From: Dehalococcoidia bacterium | Lineage (GTDB): Bacteria > Chloroflexota > Dehalococcoidia > Bin125 | Direction: 5' to 3' | NCBI GenBank assembly: GCA_963555985.3 | Contig: OY820591.1 | Coordinates: 1,632,001-1,696,000, forward strand | Length of the DNA: 64,000 nt | Shown: in pieces, positions 47,324-56,610 of the stretch | Numbering within the stretch: the stretch's first letter is position 1 | Layout of the letters: each line of letters starts with the position of its first letter | Notes under the pieces: model-generated | Database searches by the model: none | What the model was told of the DNA's origin: nothing | Seen by the model: the letters and a program-made list of their open reading frames with translations, nothing else | Translations under genes and position numbers: made by a program

Positions 47324-48451
47324 CTAGCTGCCGGTGATCCCCGGAATCATCGCTCCCGCAGCAGGAGTGAAACCCTCTTCCACCAGGGCGGATTGGAGCG
47401 CCGCAAAGCACGCCGCCATCTCGCCCTCGTCAAGCCAGCCCAGATGACCAATCCGGAAAATGTCGCTCGCCAGCTTGCCCTGACCGCCCGCGATCACCAC
47501 GTCGTACTGCTCCCGCAGCCGCTTCGACAGCGCCGACTGAACTACGCCCTCGGGCACCCGCACAGCAGTCACCGTGTCGGAGGCGTACCGCTCGTCCGCC
47601 AGCAATTCCAGCCCCATCGCCTTCACCGCAGCGCGGGTCCAACTCGCAAAGCGGTGATGACGCGCATAGATCGCCTCAGTCCCCTCCGCAGCAAGCAGCG
47701 GCAGCGCCGCATCCATCGCGTAGAGCGTTGGCAGCGCCGGCGTCCACGGCGGTTGACCGCGCGTCGCGTACTCGTGGTGAGTCGTGAGATCGAAGTAAAA
47801 CTTGGGCATCGTCGACGCTTCCGCCGCCGCCCAACCGCGCTCCGAGAGCGCCGCCATCGCAATCCCGGGCGGCGAGAGCCAGCCCTTCTGCGAAGCCGTC
47901 ACCACCGCATCCAGACCCCACTCGTCCATCTGCATGTCGATCGAGCCGAGCGACGAAACCGCGTCAACGATGATCAGCGGATCCGCGACCTCCCGCACCG
48001 CCGCCGCGATCGCCGCGATCGGATTCGTGACCCCGGTCGACGTCTCGTTATGTGTAATCAGCAGCGCGTCGTAGTCGTCCTCAGCGATCAGTTCCGCCAC
48101 CAACTCAGGCGTCGCCGCATCCCCCCACTCGATCTGCGACCGCTCCACATCGGCCCCGTACTGCTCGGCAATGCTGGCGAAACGATCCCCGAACGAGCCG
48201 ACCGTCACGCAGAGCGCCTTGTCCCCGGGCGAGAGCGTGTTCACGACCGCCGCTTCCATCGCTCCGGTACCGCTGCTGGAGAGAATCAGAATCTCTTGCT
48301 CAGTCCCGAAAAACGGCTGAATTCCGCAAGTCAGCCGCTCGAGCAGCTCCGCGAACTCGGGGCCGCGATGGTTGATCATCTCCCCCGCCGCCGCCGCGAG
48401 CACATCGGGCGGGCACGGCGTGGGACCGGGAATGCGAAGGTTGGTAGGCAT
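47324..48451 (-). CDS. Class V PLP aminotransferase (alanine-glyoxylate/phosphoserine aminotransferase type)
   Basis: IPGPT, HRG, SGTGAMEAA, HNETSTG, DAVSS, ASQK, FRIGHLG. Directly upstream of serA. Confidence 0.9.
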   Translation of the reverse strand: MPTNLRIPGPTPCPPDVLAAAAGEMINHRGPEFAELLERLTCGIQPFFGTEQEILILSSSGTGAMEAAVVNTLSPGDKALCVTVGSFGDRFASIAEQYGADVERSQIEWGDAATPELVAELIAEDDYDALLITHNETSTGVTNPIAAIAAAVREVADPLIIVDAVSSLGSIDMQMDEWGLDAVVTASQKGWLSPPGIAMAALSERGWAAAEASTMPKFYFDLTTHHEYATRGQPPWTPALPTLYAMDAALPLLAAEGTEAIYARHHRFASWTRAAVKAMGLELLADERYASDTVTAVRVPEGVVQSALSKRLREQYDVVIAGGQGKLASDIFRIGHLGWLDEGEMAACFAALQSALVEEGFTPAAGAMIPGITGS

Positions 48452-48528
48452 GGTGCGGCGACAGGCCTTCTCTACGATGTGATCTGCGCGTACTGCACTG
48501 AGCCTAGTCAGCGCTTGGAGTGGCGACA

Positions 48529-49920
48529 ATGTCGGATTTGTCAGCCGCGTTGCGGCAGTTGCCCAGCGTCGATCGGCTGCTCTCCGATCCCGCACTCTCG
48601 GAGCTCCGCGCCCGGCTCCCCCACGACCTCTGCGTAGCGGCCGTGCGTGACGCACTCGCGCAGGCCCGCGCCGAAATTCAGGCAGGACGGAATCCCGTCC
48701 CGACCGCCGAGACCCTTGCGAGACAAACGGCCGCAACCCTGGAGCGCCGCTACGGCCGCTCGCTCCGCTCAGTCGTGAATGCGACCGGCGTCGTCATCCA
48801 CACCAATCTCGGGCGCGCTCCGCTCTCGCAAGCCGCGACCCAAGCGATGACCCAGGCCGCGGCCGCTTACTCCAATCTCGAATTCGAACTCTCCACAGGC
48901 ACGCGCGGCTCGCGTGCGACTCATCTCGATTCACTGCTCACGGCCGCGACCGGCGCAGAAGCCGGCATCGCCGTCAACAACAACGCCGCCGCCCTCTACT
49001 TCGTGATGTCGGTGTTCGCGGCCGGCCGCGATCTGATCGTGAGCCGCGGTCAGGCGGTCGAGATCGGCGGCGGCTTCCGCATCCCCGACGTCATCCGTCA
49101 GAGCGGGGCGCGCCTGGTCGAAGTCGGCACGACCAACCGCACTCGAGCCCAGGACTACCGCGACGCCCTGAGCGACGAGACCGCTGCCCTCCTCCGCGTC
49201 CACTCCTCCAACTTCCGCATCATCGGCTTTGTCGAAGAGACCACCGTCGCCGAACTGCGCGCCGTAGCAGACGATCACGAGACCCAAACCGCATCGCCCC
49301 CGCTGCTCATCGACGACGTAGGCAGCGGCTGCCTGCTCGACACCCGAAACTACGGACTCGCCTACGAACCGCGCCCCCAAGACTCCGTCGCGGCCGGCGC
49401 GGACCTGGTGCTGTTCTCGGGCGACAAGCTGCTCGGCGGCCCCCAGGCAGGAATCATCGTCGGCCGCGAATCGGCAATCGCCCCGCTCCGCCGGCATCCC
49501 CTCATGCGAGCCTTGAGACCGGACAAGACCACGATCGCCGGACTCGCCGCAACCCTGGAACACTACTTGGCCGGCGAAGCCGAAACCCAAATCCCGATCT
49601 GGCAAATGATCGCCGCCGAGCCGGCAACTCTCCGCAAACGCGCGGAATCATGGCAGGCAACCCTCGGTGCGGGCCAAGTCTCCCAATCGGAATCCGCCAT
49701 CGGCGGCGGCTCACTCCCCGGCGAAACCAGGCCAACCTGGGTCTGGAGCATTCGCCGCGAACACCCCTCCAAATTCGCCGAAGCCCTGCGCCGCTCGAAT
49801 CCCCCCGTAATCGCCCGCGTAACCGACGACCAAATCCTCCTCGATCCCAGAACCGTCCTCCCCGGCCAAGACCAACTCGTAATCGCCGCCCTCCGAGCAG
49901 CGCTCGGAGAGGTCGCATGA
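48529..49920 (+). CDS. selA: L-seryl-tRNA(Sec) selenium transferase
   Basis: VNATGVVIHTNLGRAPL, EIGGGFRIPDV, EVGTTNRT, FSGDKLLGGPQAG, GGGSLP. Confidence 0.96.
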   Translation: MSDLSAALRQLPSVDRLLSDPALSELRARLPHDLCVAAVRDALAQARAEIQAGRNPVPTAETLARQTAATLERRYGRSLRSVVNATGVVIHTNLGRAPLSQAATQAMTQAAAAYSNLEFELSTGTRGSRATHLDSLLTAATGAEAGIAVNNNAAALYFVMSVFAAGRDLIVSRGQAVEIGGGFRIPDVIRQSGARLVEVGTTNRTRAQDYRDALSDETAALLRVHSSNFRIIGFVEETTVAELRAVADDHETQTASPPLLIDDVGSGCLLDTRNYGLAYEPRPQDSVAAGADLVLFSGDKLLGGPQAGIIVGRESAIAPLRRHPLMRALRPDKTTIAGLAATLEHYLAGEAETQIPIWQMIAAEPATLRKRAESWQATLGAGQVSQSESAIGGGSLPGETRPTWVWSIRREHPSKFAEALRRSNPPVIARVTDDQILLDPRTVLPGQDQLVIAALRAALGEVA

Positions 49921-50705
49921 TCGTCTTCGCCGCGATCCTCCCCCACCCCCCAATCCTGCTGCCCGAAATCGGACAAGGACGCGAAGCGGCAGCCTCCGCC
50001 ACTCTCAACGCCTACGTCCAAATCGCGCAGCGACTCAGACAACTCAATGTCGACCGCTGCATCCTGATTTCATCGCACGGAATCGTGACCCTGCGCCGCT
50101 TCCACCTCCTGACCGCGCCAATGCGCGGCAACTTGGGAACCTTCGGCACGCCCGGCCTAGAATTCTCCATCAGCCTCGATCACCAACTCGTCACAGCCAT
50201 CGCTGAAGCATCCCGAGAGGCGGGAATACCGCTCACACCAGTAGCCGCGTGGGAGACAAGCGATCACGCCAGCGCCGTACCGCTCACCTTGCTCGCAGAC
50301 GTAATCCCACCCCAAATCGCAGTCGTCAGCATGAGCTTCCTTGACGGTTCCGCGCACTACGAGTTTGGCCAAGCAATCGGCGCGGCGGCGGCAACCGTAG
50401 ATGGAAATCTCGCAATCCTCGCCTCGGGCGACGCCGTTCACACCCTCTCCGAAGCATCCCCCTATGGCTCCCATCCGCTCGCGCCGGAAACGCAAGCGCG
50501 GATCGAGCGAGCCATCGAGAACTGGGATCCCGCCGATCTGATCAGCCTGGATCCCGCAGTGCGGGAAGCCGTAGACGAATCGATCGTCTCGCCCACGCTC
50601 ATTCTGATGGGCGCATTGCACGCGCTGACCTGCCGCCCGCGTATTCTGTCCACTGAAGCGCCTTGGGGCGTGGGGTACCTCTGTGTCGCTGTAGAGATGG
50701 ATTGA
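49917..50705 (+). CDS. LigB/Memo-like dioxygenase-fold protein (AmmeMemoRadiSam-type domain)
   Basis: PHPPILLPEIG, SSH, DH, ASGD.VH, EAPWGVGY. ATGA-coupled to selA. Confidence 0.75.
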   Translation: MIVFAAILPHPPILLPEIGQGREAAASATLNAYVQIAQRLRQLNVDRCILISSHGIVTLRRFHLLTAPMRGNLGTFGTPGLEFSISLDHQLVTAIAEASREAGIPLTPVAAWETSDHASAVPLTLLADVIPPQIAVVSMSFLDGSAHYEFGQAIGAAAATVDGNLAILASGDAVHTLSEASPYGSHPLAPETQARIERAIENWDPADLISLDPAVREAVDESIVSPTLILMGALHALTCRPRILSTEAPWGVGYLCVAVEMD

Positions 50706-50707
50706 GC

Positions 50708-53119
50708 GTGGACGCCAAGAGCGCAACAGCGCTGGAGTTCCCCAAGGTGATCGCTCGCCTCGCCGAGCACTGCGCTACCCCCGCAGGACGCGAACTCGCG
50801 CTCGCCTTGACTCCAAGCGCCGACTCCGACGAAGTCCGCCGCCGGCTCTCCGCCACAGCCGAAGCCCGAACCTTGGCCAGGGTCAAGCCCAACTTCTACA
50901 TCGGCCAAGCCCCCGATGTCGCCGGATCGCTTCTCGCCGCCAGTCGCGGCAGCGTCCTCCCCGCGATCGACATCCTCGAAATCAAGGTCCTCCTCCGCTC
51001 CGCCAGGCACACCCGCAACCACTTGGCCCCGCTCACCCGCGAGTTGCCCCAACTCGGACGGGTCGCCCAGCGCATCGCCGACTTCTCCCCCTTAATCCGC
51101 GAAATCGAAGACACCATTGACGAGCGCGGAGAAGTCCCCGACCGGGCCAGCCCCAGACTCGCGGAAGCGCGCGCCGAAGTCCGCACGATGCAGAGCCGCC
51201 TCGAACAGCAACTCGAACGCATCCTCCGCCGCGCGGTTGGCGAGGGCGTCGCCCAGGAAGCGCTCGTCACCGAGCGCGACGGCCGCTACGTGATCCCGGT
51301 CAAGGCCGAAGCGCGGGGCGCGCTGCCCAGCGTCGTCCACGACGTCTCCGCCAGCGGCGCAACCCTCTTCGTCGAACCGCTCGCCGTCGTCGAACTGGGC
51401 AATCGCCTGCGCGAGGCGCAGCGCGAAGAACAGCGCGAGATCGAGCGCATCCTGCGCGAGCTCTGTAAGGCGATCGGCGCGGAGGCAGGCGCGATCCGCG
51501 CCGCTGTGCGCTGTCTCGCCGAGATCGATCTCGCCCGCGCCAAAGCGCTGTTCGGCGGAGCGCTCGACGCCCCCCTGCCCTCGGAGAACGACGCCCTCAA
51601 CTGGGTCGGAGCCGACGCCGCTGAACTGATCTTGCACTCCGCTCGCCACCCCTTGCTCAGCGGCGAAGTCGTTCCGATCTCGCTCGCCCTCACGCCGGAC
51701 GCTCGCTGCGTCCTGATCACCGGCCCCAACACCGGCGGCAAGACCGTCGCGCTCAAGACCGTCGGCCTGCTCTGCCTGATGGCCCAGGCCGGACTGCCCG
51801 TACCCGCCGAACGCGGCACCCAGCTGCCCATCTTCGCCGACATCTTCGCCGACATCGGCGACGAACAGAGCATCGAACAGTCGCTCTCGACCTTCTCCGC
51901 CCACATGACCAACATCATCCGCATCCTCCGTGAGGCCAGCCCGCACACGCTCGTGCTGCTCGACGAACTCGGCGCCGGCACCGATCCCGCCGAAGGCTCC
52001 GCGCTCGCGCGGGCCTTGCTCGAGCAACTGCTCGAACAGGACGCCGCCGTCGTCGCCACTACCCACCACGGCGAACTCAAGATCTTCGCCCATTCCACCC
52101 CGGGCATCGTCAACGCCAGCGCAGAGTTCGACTCCGAATCCCTCCAACCCACCTACCGCCTCCTGATGGGAATGCCCGGCCGCTCCAACGCGCTCGCCAT
52201 CGCCGAACGCCTGGGGATGCCGCCGGAGGTCCTCTCCCGCGCCCGCACCGACGCATCCGCCGACGCAGCCTCGATCGAGCAGCTGCTCGGCGAGTTGCAG
52301 CACGAACGCGACGCGCTCGCAGACGCCCGCCGCGCAGAAGAAGTCGCGCGCGCCGAAGCTGAAGAGATCCGCAAGAACCTCAGCGAGCGGCGCGACGCCA
52401 TCGAAACCGAGCGCGAAGCCATGCTCGCCCGCACCGAACGGATCATGGAGGACGAACTCGCCGCCTTGCGGCGAGCCTCCCGCGACGCCCTCAAAGAACT
52501 CTCCCGCCAGCGCTCCCGCGAACAGGCGGAAGCGCTCGCCGAGCATCGCGCCGACGAAGCCAGAGATCGCCTGCAACGAGTGCGCCGCGAGCGTTCGCGC
52601 CGCCGACGCCGGCGCACATCCGACGCAAGCGGCCAGGCGTTCGATCCCGAACGCCTCGCGGCAGGCGATTTCATCTACCTACGCGGAATCGCCGAGCCGG
52701 GCGAAGTCCTCTCGAAGATCGACGACGGCTCGCTCGAGGTGCGGCTCGGCTCCTTGCGTACTCGCGTACGCACCGAGCAAGTCGAACGGCTCGCACCCCG
52801 CGAGCAAGCCAACCCGCGAACCGCCTCCCGCGCCCGCAGCGAGCGCGTGCAAATGCCCAAACCCCCGATCGACCCCGGCTCCAAGATCGACGTGCGCGGA
52901 CATACCACCGACGAAGCCTCAACGATGGTCGACTCCTTCCTCGATCTCGCCTACCGCGCCGGTCAGTCCCGCCTCGAAGTCGTCCACGGCAAAGGCACCG
53001 GCGCGCTCCGCAAGGCGATCCGCGAACTTTTGCAGGGGCACCCCCAGGTCGCCTCCTACCAGAGCGCCGAGCCGAAAGCGGGCGGCGAAGGCGTTACCGT
53101 CGTGCAACTGGTGCGCTGA
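50708..53119 (+). CDS. mutS2: Endonuclease MutS2
   Basis: ITGPNTGGKTVALKT, DIGDEQSIEQSLSTFSAHM, LDELGAGTDP, Smr domain VHGKGTGALR. Confidence 0.95.
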   Translation: MDAKSATALEFPKVIARLAEHCATPAGRELALALTPSADSDEVRRRLSATAEARTLARVKPNFYIGQAPDVAGSLLAASRGSVLPAIDILEIKVLLRSARHTRNHLAPLTRELPQLGRVAQRIADFSPLIREIEDTIDERGEVPDRASPRLAEARAEVRTMQSRLEQQLERILRRAVGEGVAQEALVTERDGRYVIPVKAEARGALPSVVHDVSASGATLFVEPLAVVELGNRLREAQREEQREIERILRELCKAIGAEAGAIRAAVRCLAEIDLARAKALFGGALDAPLPSENDALNWVGADAAELILHSARHPLLSGEVVPISLALTPDARCVLITGPNTGGKTVALKTVGLLCLMAQAGLPVPAERGTQLPIFADIFADIGDEQSIEQSLSTFSAHMTNIIRILREASPHTLVLLDELGAGTDPAEGSALARALLEQLLEQDAAVVATTHHGELKIFAHSTPGIVNASAEFDSESLQPTYRLLMGMPGRSNALAIAERLGMPPEVLSRARTDASADAASIEQLLGELQHERDALADARRAEEVARAEAEEIRKNLSERRDAIETEREAMLARTERIMEDELAALRRASRDALKELSRQRSREQAEALAEHRADEARDRLQRVRRERSRRRRRRTSDASGQAFDPERLAAGDFIYLRGIAEPGEVLSKIDDGSLEVRLGSLRTRVRTEQVERLAPREQANPRTASRARSERVQMPKPPIDPGSKIDVRGHTTDEASTMVDSFLDLAYRAGQSRLEVVHGKGTGALRKAIRELLQGHPQVASYQSAEPKAGGEGVTVVQLVR

Positions 53120-53143
53120 ATGCGCTGAATTTGGTGCGTCGAG

Positions 53144-53773
53144 ATGGTCTTGCGCCGAATCGCAGAAGCAATCGACCGCCGCCCCCAGAGCGGGCGGGTG
53201 CGCCGCTCGATCCTCGCCATCGCCGCCCAGGACTTCAGCTCGCAACTGCCCCAAAAGCGGGGGCGCTCAGGCGCAGTCGGCGCAAGCGGCTGGGACATCA
53301 GCAACCTCGCCCATCCTGCCTTCTGGACGATGGCCTTGCTCTCCCAGCGCCGCGAGCGCTTTGCCATGACCCTGCTCGGACAGATCTACGTCGATCGCGC
53401 CGCCGTCACTCCTTATGTCCAGGAGAAGCGAGCCGCCGAGCAGGTCCTGAACGCAATCGGAACCGTAGATCCCGATTCCCTCGTCGGCTTCGTCGACGCC
53501 GCCGTGATGCTGTTCCAACCCCCAGGCTCCAGCGGAGCGCCGCTCGTACCGCTTGACCAAGCCTCGGAAATTCTGCGTCTCGCCCTCCTCAGAGGCGCAA
53601 TGGTGGGCGAACTCCGCCCAGACGAGATCGCAGCGGCCTGGAGCACAGCCCACCCCGATCAGCTCGCCGAACTCGGCGGCGAGCGAGCCTGGAAAAAAGC
53701 CCAAGGACGAGCCGAGATGCTCTTCCAAGACTGGCAGCAAACCCGCCGCGGCGCCGGCCGCCGCCTGATCTGA
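53144..53773 (+). CDS. Hypothetical protein
   Basis: Co-oriented ORF filling the mutS2-rarA gap; no recognised motif. Confidence 0.6.
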   Translation: MVLRRIAEAIDRRPQSGRVRRSILAIAAQDFSSQLPQKRGRSGAVGASGWDISNLAHPAFWTMALLSQRRERFAMTLLGQIYVDRAAVTPYVQEKRAAEQVLNAIGTVDPDSLVGFVDAAVMLFQPPGSSGAPLVPLDQASEILRLALLRGAMVGELRPDEIAAAWSTAHPDQLAELGGERAWKKAQGRAEMLFQDWQQTRRGAGRRLI

Positions 53774-53851
53774 TCCCAATCCCACAGTACGCACGTATCT
53801 GCTGTCGTCAAATGATGTAGGGCTGCGGCCCGATCCGCCTACAGTGAACCC

Positions 53852-55153
53852 ATGACCAGCACCCGCCGGCGATCCAACCCCGACCAGGGCATGCCCCGCA
53901 TGTTCGATCAGGACGCCGGCCTCGATCACAACGCCCCGCTCGCTGCCCGAATGCGGCCCCGCACGCTCGACGAAATCGTCGGCCAGCAGCACCTGCTCGG
54001 AGCCGACGGCCCCATCCGCCGCGCGCTCGAGACCGACTTCCTCCCCTCCTTCATCCTCTGGGGGCCGCCGGGCTGCGGCAAGACCACGCTCGCCCGCGTG
54101 ATCGCCCAGCACACCCACTCCCGCTTCGCCACCCTCTCCGCCGTCAGCAGCGGCGTCGGCGACTTGCGCAAAGTGATCGACGCCGCCGAGCAGGGAAGGC
54201 GCGCCGGCCTCGCCCGCTCCGTCCTCTTCATCGACGAAATCCACCGCTTCAACAAAGCCCAGCAGGACGCGATCCTGCACGCGGTCGAAGACGGGGTCGT
54301 CACCCTGATCGGCGCGACCACCGAAAATCCCTCCTTCGAGGTGATCTCTCCGCTGCTCAGCCGCGCGCGGGTGTTCAAGCTGGAGCCGCTCGCCACCGGC
54401 GACGTGCGCGCCCTGCTCCTGCGCGCCCTCCACGACCGCGAGCGCGGTTTCGGCGCGACGGAGACCCAAGTCAGCGAAGACGCGCTCGAGCTCTTGGCCG
54501 AACTCGGCGGCGGCGACGCCCGCGTCTCCCTCAACGCCCTCGAAGCCGCAGTCCGCCAGGCGGGACGCGGCGGATCGGTCGAACCAGCGCTCGTGGCCAG
54601 CGTCGCCGAACGTCCGCTCCGCTACGACAAAGGCGGCGAACACCACTACGACACGATCTCCGCCTTCATCAAGTCGGTGCGCGGTTCCGACCCCGATGCG
54701 GCGGTCTACTGGCTCGCGCGGATGCTCGAAGCGGGCGAAGACCCGATGTTCGTCGCCCGCCGCATGGTGATCCTGGCGGCGGAAGATGTCGGACTCGCGG
54801 ACGCCAACGCCTTGCCCGTCGCCGTCGCCGCTCAGCAAGCCGCGCACTTCATCGGCCTGCCCGAAGCCACGCTGGTCTTGTCCGAGGCCGCCCTCTACCT
54901 GGCTCGCGCGCCCAAGTCCAACTCCGCCATGACCGCCTACGCCGCCGCCGCCGGAGCCGTCCGCGAGCACGGCGATCTCCCCGTTCCCCTGCACCTGCGC
55001 AACGCCGTCACCGGACTGATGACCAGCATGGGCTACGGGCGCGGCTACCAGTACGCGCACGACTTCAAGGGCGGCGTCGCACAGGATCAAGTCCACCTCC
55101 CCGACCAGCTTGCGGGCGCCAAGTTCTACCAACCGAATGAGCGCGACCGATGA
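53852..55153 (+). CDS. rarA: Replication-associated recombination protein A (MgsA)
   Basis: PLAARMRP, WGPPGCGKTT, DEIHRFNKAQQD, GATTENPSF, SAFIKSVRGSDPDAA. Confidence 0.96.
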   Translation: MTSTRRRSNPDQGMPRMFDQDAGLDHNAPLAARMRPRTLDEIVGQQHLLGADGPIRRALETDFLPSFILWGPPGCGKTTLARVIAQHTHSRFATLSAVSSGVGDLRKVIDAAEQGRRAGLARSVLFIDEIHRFNKAQQDAILHAVEDGVVTLIGATTENPSFEVISPLLSRARVFKLEPLATGDVRALLLRALHDRERGFGATETQVSEDALELLAELGGGDARVSLNALEAAVRQAGRGGSVEPALVASVAERPLRYDKGGEHHYDTISAFIKSVRGSDPDAAVYWLARMLEAGEDPMFVARRMVILAAEDVGLADANALPVAVAAQQAAHFIGLPEATLVLSEAALYLARAPKSNSAMTAYAAAAGAVREHGDLPVPLHLRNAVTGLMTSMGYGRGYQYAHDFKGGVAQDQVHLPDQLAGAKFYQPNERDR

Positions 55154-55500
55154 CGCAGCAGACCCGATTCAGCGGCGTCACCCTGGAGAGCGTCAGCGCC
55201 GTCGCCGAACTCTTCGGCGTCCCCGCCGAGCGCCAGGCCTACGCCCCGCCGGACGACACCGAGGGCGTCTGGGCGGTGCATCATCGCGGCGAATCGGGCA
55301 ATCTGCGCGTGCTGCTCTGGCCGTCGCTGGATCGAATCGACGTGAGCTGCGGCCCGCACATGTGGATCGTGCGCGGCGTGGACGAACTCGAGATCCTCGA
55401 AGACATCGAATTCATCGCGCGCTTCGGCGAGGGCGGCCTGCTCAGCGCAGCCGTGAGCGGCCAGGTGATGATGGTCGCGCCCCGCTCCGACTCGGACTAA
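55150..55500 (+). CDS. Hypothetical protein coupled to rarA
   Basis: ATGA overlap with the rarA stop; host-like codon use. Confidence 0.65.
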   Translation: MTQQTRFSGVTLESVSAVAELFGVPAERQAYAPPDDTEGVWAVHHRGESGNLRVLLWPSLDRIDVSCGPHMWIVRGVDELEILEDIEFIARFGEGGLLSAAVSGQVMMVAPRSDSD

Positions 55501-55512
55501 CCCAAGCAGCCC

Positions 55513-56145
55513 TCAGCCCGGAAGCGGCAGCCCCCGCACCCGCGCAAGGTCGTCCAGCAAGCGCCCCAGCATCGTCGCGGTCGCCCCGAAGATGCGGTGC
55601 CCCTCGTACCAGTACTCGCGCATCTGGAACACCTGCCCCTCGCGTTCCCGCGTCTCGAACGTCAGATTGGCCGGATCGAGCAGGTGCGAGAGCGAGGGCG
55701 TGATCACCTCCCCCACCTCGATTTCGAGCGGCCGGAACGGATAGGGCGCGCGGTCGAGCAGCCCCACGAAGGGCGTGACATGAAAGTCGGTCATGGTGCG
55801 GTAGTGCGACTGCTCGCCCAGGATTTCGACATGCTCGGCGCGAATGCCGACCTCTTCGTCCGCCTCGCGCAAGGCCGCCGCCAGCGGCGTCTCATCGACT
55901 GAATCGAGCGCTCCGCCCGGAAACGAGATTTCGCCCTTGTGATGCTCGACCTGATGCGAGCGCACGGTCAGCACAATCTGCGGATCGTTGTAGGGCAGCA
56001 CCGGAATCAACACCGCCGCCCGCCAGCGGCCAAGCTCAGGAGGCAGCGTCTGGAGGTCATGCAAGACCGCCGCCCGCCGCACTTCGCTCAGCGCAGGCAC
56101 TTCCTCCACCGACTCCGCTACACGGTCAGCGTGAGTACTGGACAT
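55513..56145 (-). CDS. CoA pyrophosphatase (Nudix, NudL-like)
   Basis: AAVLIP, LTVRS...HKGEISFPGG, AALREADEEVG, IFGATA. Confidence 0.9.
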   Translation of the reverse strand: MSSTHADRVAESVEEVPALSEVRRAAVLHDLQTLPPELGRWRAAVLIPVLPYNDPQIVLTVRSHQVEHHKGEISFPGGALDSVDETPLAAALREADEEVGIRAEHVEILGEQSHYRTMTDFHVTPFVGLLDRAPYPFRPLEIEVGEVITPSLSHLLDPANLTFETREREGQVFQMREYWYEGHRIFGATATMLGRLLDDLARVRGLPLPG

Positions 56146-56207
56146 GAGCTCCCATTTCAGCAATGCAGGCCAAACTGTCACTACTGTACTGCGCGCTTTG
56201 CCCTCCT

Positions 56208-56592
56208 TGTCCCCTCTCCCTTGAGGGGAGTTGCGCGTACATCACATTCCCGTTGCTCTCGTCATTCCAGCGAACGCTGGAATCTCGCTCCGACCAGATA
56301 ACCTGCAATTCCGGACGAGATTCCAGGTCAAGCCTGGAATGACGGAATTTGGGATTACGCGCAGGTCTCCTTGGGGGGTTGCTTGGGGCTTGGATGCTGG
56401 GGGTGGGTACCCCCTCTGTCCCCCGCCTGCGCGGCATCTCCCTCCCCGCGTGCGCGGGGGCAGGCTCCGCAGAGGGGGGGGAGAGGGGAGGTTGGTTGGG
56501 GGCGTTTGTGCTGGGGGTGGCGTTTCACCCCCTCTGCCCCGTTGGGGCATCTCCCCCTTGAGGGGGAGATTCTTGGGGGCGGGGATGACGGC
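56208..56592. repeat. Cluster of REP-like palindromic repeats (two families)
   Basis: GTCATTCCAGCgaacGCTGGAATCTCG...CGAGATTCCAGGtcaagCCTGGAATGAC at 56261-56343; several CCCCTCT...TCTCCCCC...GGGGGAGA hairpins. Confidence 0.75.
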
Positions 56593-56610
56593 ATTGTGGG
56601 TGGGCATGGG

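Noticed and set aside
48529-49920. Selenoprotein, SECIS or tRNA-Sec near selA
   Set aside because: No interrupted gene needing UGA read-through and no UCA-anticodon tRNA was found by eye.
53780-53805. Possible LexA box upstream of rarA (AGTACgcacGTATC)
   Set aside because: Too degenerate relative to GAAC-N4-GTTC to call without a genome-derived matrix.
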